Origin: Candidatus Oxydemutatoraceae bacterium
Lineage (GTDB): Bacteria; Pseudomonadota; Gammaproteobacteria; Poriferisulfidales; Oxydemutatoraceae
Length of the DNA stretch: 64,000 bases
Direction of reading: 5' to 3'
Assembly (NCBI GenBank): GCA_965219575.1
Contig: OZ244779.1
Location: 1,036,769 to 1,100,768, forward strand
Shown here: positions 9,874 to 19,200 of the stretch, piece by piece
Layout: every line of letters begins with the position of its first letter
Numbering within the stretch: position 1 is the stretch's first letter
The notes under the pieces: model-generated
What the model saw: only the letters and a program-made list of their open reading frames with translations
Databases searched by the model: none
Told to the model about the DNA's origin: nothing
Translations under genes and position numbers: made by a program

Positions 9874-9902
9874 ATTATACGAATTTGACGAAGTTTTTCA
9901 AT
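9874..9902 (-). promoter_or_regulatory. Putative sigma70 promoter of the aldolase gene
   Basis: Minus strand TTGAAA-16 nt-TATAAT, ending 8 nt before the ATG. Confidence 0.55.
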
Positions 9903-9981
9903 GTTTGTAGAACCACGAGTTAAAGTCCACCCTCAAGGGAAATGATCGGGGGCGGAATAAGGGTGTCGGCAGGAATAAAAA

Positions 9982-10194
9982 CTAAAAAAATAATTTTATC
10001 AGTATAGCGACATTCATAACGAATATTAAGCCTAACACCCAGCGCATATATTTAAGCTCCATTTCTAGCCTTGTTACATCCGCCTTCGTTGCCACGTCCT
10101 TTGAACTTGCAACATCGGCGATCGCTTCCTTTATTTCCGAATCGGTCGCATCGGGTATACGCTTAAATAAATTATATAGGGCTATTTCTGACAT
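9982..10194 (-). CDS. Small coiled-coil membrane protein (ATKAD motif; DUF1640/CCDC90/Bdr-like), paralog A
   Basis: VATKADV, short coiled coil and C-terminal TM helix; AGGAG RBS; paralog of 52263-52514. Confidence 0.75.
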   Translation of the reverse strand: MSEIALYNLFKRIPDATDSEIKEAIADVASSKDVATKADVTRLEMELKYMRWVLGLIFVMNVAILIKLFF

Positions 10195-10269
10195 CTTTGT
10201 TTACTCCTACTAAAATTCCAATTTTAGCATATTTCTCCAATTCTATCGGCTTAGCTCGAAACTTCTAGC

Positions 10270-10328
10270 ATGTTGAAGTTCTGCACAGCATCACGCCGAT
10301 TGATCTATCGGCTCAATCGGCGGTTCTG
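10270..10328 (-). repeat. Palindrome P plus arm; overlaps the pyk stop codon
   Basis: Reverse complement reads CAGAACCGCCGATTGAGCCGATAGATCAATCGGCGTGATGCTGTGCAGAACTTCAAC. Confidence 0.85.
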
Positions 10329-11770
10329 CCGACACGGATGATTTTCATTGCGTTGGTGCCGCCGTGTTGTCCTTTTTTATCGCCTTTGGTGATGATGACT
10401 ACCGAGTCTTTATCGAAGCGGTGATAGGGTTTTAAGGCGTTGACGACTTCTTGATTGATGTCGCCGGAATAATCGCCTTGCAATAGTACCGGGTAGACAC
10501 CGCGATAGAGCGTTACTTTACGGCAGGTTTCTACATGGTGGGTGAGGGCATAAATCGGTATCTTAGAGACGAGGCGGGAAAGCCATTTGGTGGTAGACCC
10601 CGACTCGGTCATCGCTGCAATCGCCGAGACATTTAAGTGGTTTGCGGTGTAGATCGCCGAAAGCGCAATGGCTTGATCGAATTTATATATCTGTTGGTTC
10701 AATAGATAGTCGTTGCTGTGTTGGGTGATATCGCCTTGCTCGGCACCTTGACAAATACGGCTCATCGTTTTCACGACCAGTGCCGGATGTTTGCCGATTG
10801 CCGATTCGGCGGATAACATCAACGCATCGGAACCGTCCAAGACGGCATTTGCGACATCCGATATTTCGGCCCGGGTAGGGACACTGCTGTCGATCATCGA
10901 TTGCAACATCTCGGTCGCAGTGATGACGATGCAGTTGTGTGCGCGTGCTTTAACGATGAGTTGTTTTTGTACTGCGGTCAAAGCTGCGTCTCCGATTTCA
11001 ATGCTGAGATCGCCTCTGGCAATCATCACACCGTCTACGACTTCGAGTATGTCGTCGATACAATCGAGTGCCTCGCTGCGTTCTATTTTGGCAATCAGTG
11101 CGGCATTTCCACCCGCTCGTTGCATCAGTTTTTTTGCGTAAAGCATATCCTCGGGACTCTTGGGAAAGGAAACCGCCAGATAATCCACTCCTATCTTTGT
11201 TGCGAGTTCGATGTCCAGTTTGTCTTTATCGGTGATGGTTTGTGCCGACAAACCGCCGCCGCGCCGATTGACACCTTTATTGTTCGATAGCACGCCGCCG
11301 ATTTTAACCGTCGTTATTACTTGCCGATCCTTTATTTGTTCTACTTCCAGGGTGATGCGACCGTCGTCGAGTAGTAGTTCGTCTCCTTTTTTGACATCTT
11401 TATAGAGGTCTGCATAGCTTATGCCGACGCGACTCTCGTCGCCGGCGTTCTGTTCCAACCCAGCATCCAAAACAAAACACTGTCCCGTTTCGAGTTCTAT
11501 TCGGTCGTTGACGAAACGTTGTATTCTTATTTTAGGTCCTTGCAAATCACCGAGTATGCCGATATGGTATTTTTTTTGTGCCGCTATCTTGCGTACCAGT
11601 TGGGCGTGTCGAAGTTGCTCTTCGGCATCGCCGTGCGAGAAGTTCATTCTGACCACATCTACACCGGCGTCTATGAGTTCTTCGATTGTTTGCTCGTTGT
11701 CGGTAGCAGGACCTAAGGTCGTGATGATTTTTGTGGTTCTGGATTTTTTTGCAAGATTGATTTCGGTCAT
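10313..11770 (-). CDS. pyk: Pyruvate kinase
   Basis: TKIITTLGP, RMNFSHG, DLQGPKIR, MIARGDL, PTRAE and MLSAESA motifs. Confidence 0.97.
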   Translation of the reverse strand: MTEINLAKKSRTTKIITTLGPATDNEQTIEELIDAGVDVVRMNFSHGDAEEQLRHAQLVRKIAAQKKYHIGILGDLQGPKIRIQRFVNDRIELETGQCFVLDAGLEQNAGDESRVGISYADLYKDVKKGDELLLDDGRITLEVEQIKDRQVITTVKIGGVLSNNKGVNRRGGGLSAQTITDKDKLDIELATKIGVDYLAVSFPKSPEDMLYAKKLMQRAGGNAALIAKIERSEALDCIDDILEVVDGVMIARGDLSIEIGDAALTAVQKQLIVKARAHNCIVITATEMLQSMIDSSVPTRAEISDVANAVLDGSDALMLSAESAIGKHPALVVKTMSRICQGAEQGDITQHSNDYLLNQQIYKFDQAIALSAIYTANHLNVSAIAAMTESGSTTKWLSRLVSKIPIYALTHHVETCRKVTLYRGVYPVLLQGDYSGDINQEVVNALKPYHRFDKDSVVIITKGDKKGQHGGTNAMKIIRVGRTAD

Positions 11771-11787
11771 CGTTAATGCGCCGAGTG

Positions 11788-11851
11788 GGGTTGTTGAAAA
11801 AGTACCGTTGGTGCAGAAATGAGACCGTCGTGTGCCATTGATTTTTGCAAA
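11788..11851. repeat. Truncated or minimal MITE-like unit between pgk and pyk
   Basis: GGGTTGTTGAAAAAGTACCGTT matches the element end at 44138 and the reverse complement of the end at 58964; the unit finishes TTTTTGCAAAC. Confidence 0.6.
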
Positions 11852-13054
11852 CTATACATCGTTTGCCGCTTTGTGGTTCAGCATCGTCAAGGCGGGCAGT
11901 TCCTGTCCCGAGACAAGTTGCAGAAAAGCACCGCCTCCGGTAGAGATATACATATTATCTCTTTGCAGTTCAAACTTTTTTATTGCCGCAAGCGTATCTC
12001 CGCCGCCGGCGACGACATGTGCCGAGCTTTGTTTAATCGCTTGCACGAGTGCCCGAGTGCCGCCGGCAAAAGGCGCATATTCAAAGGCACCGAGCGGACC
12101 GTTCCACAGTACGCAATCGGCTTCGGCTATTGCATCGCCGTAGACGGTTTGTGTTGCCGTGCCTATATCCAGTATCATTTCGTCTGCCTGCACATTATCT
12201 ATGGTTTTGCATACGGTGTCTTGGCTTTCCGATAATTCTTTTGCGCATATCACATCGGACGGCAACAACAGCCGCTTGTGTTGCTCTTTCATTTTATACT
12301 GCAACTCGGCCCCGAAGGAGACGAGGTCTTTTTCATACAACGAGCGTCCTATATTATGTCCGGCTGCGGCAATAAAGGTATTTGCGATGCCGCCGCCTAT
12401 AATCAAGGTGTCTACATGTTCCGATAAAGCCGATAGCAGTTCTAGCTTGCCCGATACTTTAGAACCACCGACAACGGCAACGCGCTGTAGATAGAGCGGA
12501 TCGTCGGTTTCGATATTTCCTAAGGCACTGCGAATCTCGCGAACTTCTCGTGCGAACAACGAACCTGCGCAAGCGGTTTTTGCATATTTTATGGCTTTGT
12601 GCGTGGAGGCGTGGGCGCGGTGCGCACACCCGAAGGCGTTCATCACATAGATATCACAAAGATCTGCCAAGCGGCTCGCCAGTGTATCGTCGTCTTCGAT
12701 CTCACCCGATTGAAAACGAATATTTTCGTACATCACAAGTTCTCCGGGCTGCACGGTGACATCGCTCGAATAATCGGAAACTAAGGATACGGTTTTACCC
12801 AGCAACTCGGACAAGTGCGATGCCACCGGCTGCAGGGAAAATGCCCGGTTATTATCGCTTGCCTCGGGACGTCCCAAGTGCGAGATCAGCGACAATGCGG
12901 CACCTGCATCCAGAGCCATTTTTATATCGGGCAGGCAAGCACGAATTCTTTGATCGTCGCTTACCATGCCTTCGTCAACGGGAACATTCATATCGACGCG
13001 CATCATCACCCGCTTGTTTGCGAGTGCGACTTGATCCATGCGTAGAAATTCCAT
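11852..13054 (-). CDS. pgk: Phosphoglycerate kinase
   Basis: RVDMNVP, SHLGRP, AFGCAHRAHAS, GGSKVSGK, WNGPLG and STGGGA motifs; start taken at ATG 13054. Confidence 0.96.
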   Translation of the reverse strand: MEFLRMDQVALANKRVMMRVDMNVPVDEGMVSDDQRIRACLPDIKMALDAGAALSLISHLGRPEASDNNRAFSLQPVASHLSELLGKTVSLVSDYSSDVTVQPGELVMYENIRFQSGEIEDDDTLASRLADLCDIYVMNAFGCAHRAHASTHKAIKYAKTACAGSLFAREVREIRSALGNIETDDPLYLQRVAVVGGSKVSGKLELLSALSEHVDTLIIGGGIANTFIAAAGHNIGRSLYEKDLVSFGAELQYKMKEQHKRLLLPSDVICAKELSESQDTVCKTIDNVQADEMILDIGTATQTVYGDAIAEADCVLWNGPLGAFEYAPFAGGTRALVQAIKQSSAHVVAGGGDTLAAIKKFELQRDNMYISTGGGAFLQLVSGQELPALTMLNHKAANDV

Positions 13055-13083
13055 ATAGGTCTGAAGGTGAATTATCGTCTCAC

Positions 13084-14097
13084 CTATTTTGCGTTCATCA
13101 ATACTTCGGACATGTCGATCATCCGACACGCATAAGCCCACTCGTTGTCGTACCACGCCGACACCTTGACCAGAGTATCCTGCATCACTTGGGTGAGGGT
13201 CGAGTCATAAACTGCCGATACCGGATTGTGGTTGAAGTCGCAAGACACCAGAGGTTCGTCGTTGTATGCGATGATACCCTTCATCGAACCCTGCGCCGCC
13301 GCAAGCACGGCATCGTTCACCGCTTGCTTGTTCGTAGGACCGGAGGCGGTAAAAGTGAAGTCGACCAGAGATACATTTAAGGTCGGAATACGCAACGCAT
13401 AACCGTGCAATTTTCCGGCTAATTCCGGTAGCACCAACCCGACCGCCTTGGCCGCACCGGTTTTGGTCGGAACGATAGAAGTCGTCGCCGATCTCGCCCG
13501 TCGCAGTTCTTTATGCGGAGAGTCAATCAATACCTGATCGTTGGTGTAGGCGTGTATCGTGGTCAATAAACCGTGTTCTATGCCGATTGCCTCGTACAAC
13601 ACTCTGGCAACCGGGGCTAAGCAGTTCGTGGTACACGAGGCATTCGAAACGATGCAATCGTCGGCTTTTAACAGCCATTCGTTGACACCGTAGACCACGG
13701 TTGCATCTACATCGTCTTGCCCGGGTGCCGATATCAATACTTTGCGCGCACCGCCGTCCAAGTGTGCCTGCGCAAGTGCCTTGCTCTTGAACTTGCCGGT
13801 ACATTCGCAAACTACATCCACACCGACTTCATGCCAAGGAATCTTGGTCGGATCGCGCTCCGAGTAGACTCTGATCAAGTCTCCGTTGATGCTCAAATGT
13901 TTATCGTCGGCGATCCGCACATCGGCGTTGAAACGGCCGTGTGTCGTGTCGTGTCGTGTCAGATACAATACGGTTTCCAGATCGGTGCTTGCATTGATTG
14001 CAGCTAAGCGAATGTTATCGGTGCGGCGATATTCGTATAAAGCCCGTACGATGCAACGCCCGATGCGCCCGTATCCGCTAATCGCGATGTTAATCAT
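13084..14097 (-). CDS. gap: Glyceraldehyde-3-phosphate dehydrogenase type I
   Basis: GYGRIGR, SNASCTTNCLAP, HAYTNDQ, PTKTGAAKAVG and WYDNE motifs. Confidence 0.93.
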   Translation of the reverse strand: MINIAISGYGRIGRCIVRALYEYRRTDNIRLAAINASTDLETVLYLTRHDTTHGRFNADVRIADDKHLSINGDLIRVYSERDPTKIPWHEVGVDVVCECTGKFKSKALAQAHLDGGARKVLISAPGQDDVDATVVYGVNEWLLKADDCIVSNASCTTNCLAPVARVLYEAIGIEHGLLTTIHAYTNDQVLIDSPHKELRRARSATTSIVPTKTGAAKAVGLVLPELAGKLHGYALRIPTLNVSLVDFTFTASGPTNKQAVNDAVLAAAQGSMKGIIAYNDEPLVSCDFNHNPVSAVYDSTLTQVMQDTLVKVSAWYDNEWAYACRMIDMSEVLMNAK

Positions 14098-16102
14098 TGA
14101 TACTCCCATGCTGTTGGTTGATTAAAGATTGTGCCGTTGTGTAGATATTTTCTACGCTGAAGCCGAAGTGTTCGAATAGATCTTTGCCCGGTGCCGATGC
14201 GCCGTAGGTGTCTATACCGATTATTGCGCCGTTTGTTCCTACATATCGGTACCACCAATCGCCTTTGCCGGCTTCTATCACCAATTTCGGAACCGTCGGC
14301 GGCAACACCGTTTCTCTATAGCGTTGCGGTTGGCGGTCGAAGACTTCGGCACAGGGTACCGACACCAAATTGACCCGATAATTGTCCTTGATTAGCCGCT
14401 CGCAAAGCTGTGATGCCAATGCGACTTCGGAACCTGTTGCAATAACAATCAACGCAGGCTCCGTAGTTTCGCGCAATAGATAAGCACCTTTGCATATAAG
14501 TTGTAATTGCTCGTCCGATCTATCGCAATGCGCCAAAGTTTGTCGAGACAGAACCAGTGCGCTCGGGTGGTTTTCGGCTTCTATCGCAGCTTTCCATGCG
14601 ACTGCGGTCTCTACCGAGTCGCAAGGTCTCCATACATCCAAGCCGGGCATCAAGCGTAGACTGCCCAAATGTTCTATCGGTTGATGCGTAGGGCCGTCTT
14701 CGCCCAGACCTATAGAGTCGTGGGTATAGATAAAGACGACTTTTGCTTCCATCATTGCCGAAAGGCGTAATGCATTGCGAGCGTAGTCCGAGAATACCAA
14801 AAAGGTAGCCGCAAACGGAATGAACCCGCCGTGCAGTGCGATGCCGTTGGCAATCGCCGACATCGCAAACTCGCGCACCCCGAAATAAATGTAGTTGCCG
14901 TCGTGTTGTTCGGCACCTATGGCTCGGCTCCCCTCCCACAGTGTGCCGTTCGAGCCTGCCAAATCGGCGGAGCCGCCGATTAATTCCGGCAAACATTCGC
15001 TGAACGATGCCAGTGTTCGGCAAGAGGCTTGGCGAGTTGCGAGTGCTTTCTTTTGTTTGTGATTTTGCTCGATCCACTGCGTTGCATGGTTTTGCCAATT
15101 GCTCGGCAGTTGTCCGCCTATGCGACGTTCGAATTCCTCTGCCAGTTCGGGATATTCCGACCGATACGCAGCTAATTTTTCCTGCCAATTTGACTGCTGT
15201 ATGCGACCTTTCTCTTTGGCATCCCACGCCGAGCGTATCTCGTCCGGTATTTCAAACGGTGGGTAGTGCCAATCTAATGTTGCTCGGGCTTGTGCGATTG
15301 CCTCAAAGCCCAAAGGCGTACCGTGTACCGATTCACTGCCTTGCATCGGTGAACCGTAGCCGATAATCGTTTTACAGCACAGCAGGCTGGGAGCCGGGTT
15401 TGAATGTGCGGCCTCGATCGCTTCGGCAACGGCGATGGGGTCGTGTCCGTCTATTTTGCGGATCACATGCCAGCCGTATGCCTCGAAACGCTTGGGTGTA
15501 TCGTCGCCGAACCATTTTTGTACCGGTCCGTCTATGGAGATGCCGTTATCGTCGTAAAAGACAATGAGCTTGCCGAGTTTTAAGGTTCCTGCCAGCGAGC
15601 ACGCTTCGTGCGAGATGCCTTCCATTAGGCAGCCGTCGCCGGCGAATACATAGCTGTAATGGTCGACGATATTAAAGTTGCCACGGTTAAAATGTTGTGC
15701 CAGAGTGCGTTCCGCAATCGCCATACCGACTGCGTTTGCCAGCCCCTGTCCGAGCGGTCCGGTGGTGGCTTCTACGCCTACGGTGATACCGAACTCGGGA
15801 TGTCCGGGCGTCGTTGAACCCAACTGTCTAAAGCGGGTAATGTCTGCTATGCCGAGCGGGTAGCCGCTGAGATGAAGCAATGCATAATGCAACATGCAAC
15901 CATGACCGTTCGAGAGTATAAAGCGATCTCTATCAAACCAAGTGCTATCGCCGGGGTTGTGTTTCAGATAATCGTTCCATAATACTTCGGCGATATCGGC
16001 CATGCCCATAGGCATGCCGGGGTGCCCGGAGCGCGCTTTTTGTACGGCATCCATGCTGAGCACTCTAATCGCATTGGCGAGCTGTTCACGGGGTGGCATC
16101 AC
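14090..16102 (-). CDS. tkt: Transketolase
   Basis: SGHPGMPMG, GDGCLMEG, GVREFAM and EDGPTHQP motifs. Confidence 0.97.
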   Translation of the reverse strand: MMPPREQLANAIRVLSMDAVQKARSGHPGMPMGMADIAEVLWNDYLKHNPGDSTWFDRDRFILSNGHGCMLHYALLHLSGYPLGIADITRFRQLGSTTPGHPEFGITVGVEATTGPLGQGLANAVGMAIAERTLAQHFNRGNFNIVDHYSYVFAGDGCLMEGISHEACSLAGTLKLGKLIVFYDDNGISIDGPVQKWFGDDTPKRFEAYGWHVIRKIDGHDPIAVAEAIEAAHSNPAPSLLCCKTIIGYGSPMQGSESVHGTPLGFEAIAQARATLDWHYPPFEIPDEIRSAWDAKEKGRIQQSNWQEKLAAYRSEYPELAEEFERRIGGQLPSNWQNHATQWIEQNHKQKKALATRQASCRTLASFSECLPELIGGSADLAGSNGTLWEGSRAIGAEQHDGNYIYFGVREFAMSAIANGIALHGGFIPFAATFLVFSDYARNALRLSAMMEAKVVFIYTHDSIGLGEDGPTHQPIEHLGSLRLMPGLDVWRPCDSVETAVAWKAAIEAENHPSALVLSRQTLAHCDRSDEQLQLICKGAYLLRETTEPALIVIATGSEVALASQLCERLIKDNYRVNLVSVPCAEVFDRQPQRYRETVLPPTVPKLVIEAGKGDWWYRYVGTNGAIIGIDTYGASAPGKDLFEHFGFSVENIYTTAQSLINQQHGSIND

Positions 16103-16226
16103 AAAAAGAATGTCAAATCGGTATTTTGTAAATCAAGGTGCATTTTGTGCCATAGTATACTACATAACCGCTTGAGGCTTACAGGGGCGCATACCGAAAA
16201 TTGAATAAATAATTGAGGTATGTATA

Positions 16227-19200
16227 ATGATTGAAATTATTATAAGTTTCTATATTTTTATGATTCATAAGCGTCAAATAGAAGTAGATTTTAGGGTATC
16301 TATTCTCTTACTGTGTTTAGGGTTGCTCGTTGCGCAACCGCTATTCGCACAAGCCCCTTCTTTTGAGATGGCATGTAATACCGAAGACATAGACGACAAT
16401 GACAATGGTTTGATAGAACTGTGTTATCTGGAAGATGTCGCTGCGATACAGCGTGACGGCACCGGTCTACGGCGGGGGACTGCAACACTGGCTGAAGGTT
16501 GCCCTACAAGTGGTTGCAACGGCTATGAGTTGGTCAGGAATTTAGATTTTACGACGACGCAGAGTTATATGACGGGTGTAGTCAACAGCAACTGGATACT
16601 TAACGCTGCCGATTTTATGGGTACTGCGAGACAAGGCTGGGATCCTATCGGTTCTGTTGCCAACAATGATTGTAGCGATTCGGGTAGCAGATGTTTCGCC
16701 GCTATTTTGGAAGGCAACGGCTATAGCATTTCCAATCTGCAAATCAATAGAGACGGTGCTAACGAGATCGGTCTGTTTGCCGGCAATACCGGCACCATTC
16801 GCAATCTCGGTTTGCGAGAAATAGAAGTAGAAGGTAATAATAGGGTCGGTGGGCTGGTCGGTCGCAACGAGGGTAATCTAATCAATGCCCATGTGATTGA
16901 CAGCCGTGTTGAGGGATCAGCGAACAACGCCGGTCTTTTAGTCGGCGTAAGCCGGCCGAGTGCGTTAATTATCAACAGTTATGTGCGTGGCACTGTGGAA
17001 GGTTCTCGTTGGGTCGGTGGCATCTGTGGCCTAAACTTCGGCAGAATCATCAATAGCTATGCCGAGGTCATGGCAAGTGGCGTGAGGGAAGTCGGTGGTT
17101 TAGTGGCTGAAAATCAACACGGGACTATTCGTAATAGTTATGCGATGGGTTCTGCGCATATAACCGCTAACGACAGTGAAAATCGCCGCAGCGTAGGGGG
17201 TCTGCTCGCTGTATTATGGAGAGTCAGTGACTCAAACCCTAATCCGAGCGTTACAAACAGCTATTCGACCGTCAGAGTGACAGGCAATTTAGCGCGAAAC
17301 AACGTCGGCGGTTTGATCGGCAATACAAACATATCCGACCCACTGATAACCGCTAGCTACTGGGATACCGAGACGAGTGAGCGAACAGCCTCTCCGGGAG
17401 GTGGCACACCTCAGACGACCGATGGATTGCAAATGCCGACTGCACCGGGAACAATGGCGAGCGATGTGTATTATCAATGGAGTACCGACGATTGGGATTT
17501 CGGCACCATGCAGACTTATGCTGCACTGCGCTATGCCATCGGCGACGACAACGACAACCCCGGCTGCGATGTAGAACCCGATACGCCACTGCCGCCTTGC
17601 GGTGCATTGTTATCCGGTCAAGCCGGTCGCGATCGGGGTTTGAATACCTTGTTTTTCGTAATAAACGGTGACCGGCAAGATAATACCAGAGTATTCCGAG
17701 ACCGGCCCTTTTCACCGTTGGTGTTCGACTACGATATAAAACTTCCGAGTCTCCAAACTACGATTGAACTAATACCGTATGCTGTCAACGACACTGCAAC
17801 GATTTCGGTCTTTAGCGCATCGGACCAGGACGACGACCTTTTTATGGGCAGGCGCAGTGGTCAGGAAAGCCGTCCTATCACTCTGCAAGCGAATACGAAC
17901 GAAACGATGATGGTCGAGGTAGATGGATTAACCTATAATTTTAATCTGATTAGAGGACCACAGCCTTCGGTTGAGATTGTCTCCTTCGGCACTATACCCC
18001 CGACCGGCACCGTTGACGAAGGTGACGATATTGTGTTTGAAGCGGTGTTTCGCAACGGGAGCGAGGACTATCAATATTCGTTGCAACAGGGCGGCACGGC
18101 ACTCGGTCAAGGGCAAAATAGCACTGCGACTGTCACCGTCACCATACCCGATAATTTGGTGGCAGCCGGCGAAGAAACAACGCAAACTATTTATACGATA
18201 ACGGTGGACGATAGCTTTGACATAGTTTCCAGGGAACTCATGCTAACCGTCAACAAAATCGACAACGGCGAACCGCAACTGGAATTGAGTGTCAGTCCTA
18301 CTATGTTAAGCATAACTTCTAGTGTGGACGATATCGACGGTGTCGGAACATTCAGCTATCAATGGCAGAGCCGTGACGAGGGCGATAGTGGTTGGAACAA
18401 TCTTCCTTCGGTTACTAATTCCCAGATGGTGGCGGGCAATTCTGCGAATACGATCCGCTATCGTGTCATCGTCAATCATACCGACGGGCAAGGACACGGC
18501 AAAGAATATACGATAGGTTTGTTCCCTAGGGATGTGGACGGAGACGACGACGGTTTGATAGATATTTATTATTTGGAAGACTTGAATGTAATACGCTATC
18601 AGGTCGACGGTAGCGGTTATACGATAAATCCCGAGTCGGACAATATCATTGCAGATAAAATCGTCTCGGGTTGTCCTGCGAATACATGCACCGGCTACGA
18701 GTTGTTAAGAGACTTGGATTTCACGACTGCCCGAAGCTATGTAGATGCAACCGCAGAGGTTCAAGATCAAACCACGGTACTAGACGAATGGACGGTGGAT
18801 GATCCTATGAATGACTCGGATACCGGTTGGTTGCCTTTAGCAACCGCAGATGTCCCGTTCGCGAGTCTATTCAACGGCAACAATAACAACATTTCTAATT
18901 TGCAGATAAACAGGGATACGGCTGACGACTCCGATATCGGATTGTTTGCGGTGCTGTCGCCGTCGGCAAGACTGGAGAATGTCGGCGTATTGGATGTTTC
19001 TATCGAAGGCAGAGGCTATGTAGGTGGCTTGGTTGCGCAAAACGAGGGTGTCATCGTCAATAGCTATGCGCAGGGCGAAGTTGCAGGAGCACAACATAGC
19101 GTCGGTGGCTTGGTTGCGCTCAATTCTACTGCGACCGGCGTGATTATCAACAGCTATGCAAATGTGAGGTTAATGTCCGCCGGTGCTTTATTATCGGGTG

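Noticed and set aside
9910-9957. Fragments resembling the third repeat family and the REP downstream of paralog A
   Set aside because: Too degenerate to call a cassette end by eye.
13941-13960. (GTGTC)4 tract inside gap
   Set aside because: Short, and it encodes the conserved ..HDTTHG region in an intact frame; no sign of phase variation.
13084-14097. Possible epd rather than gap
   Set aside because: HAYTNDQ and PTKTGAAKAVG fit GAPDH better than erythrose-4-phosphate dehydrogenase.
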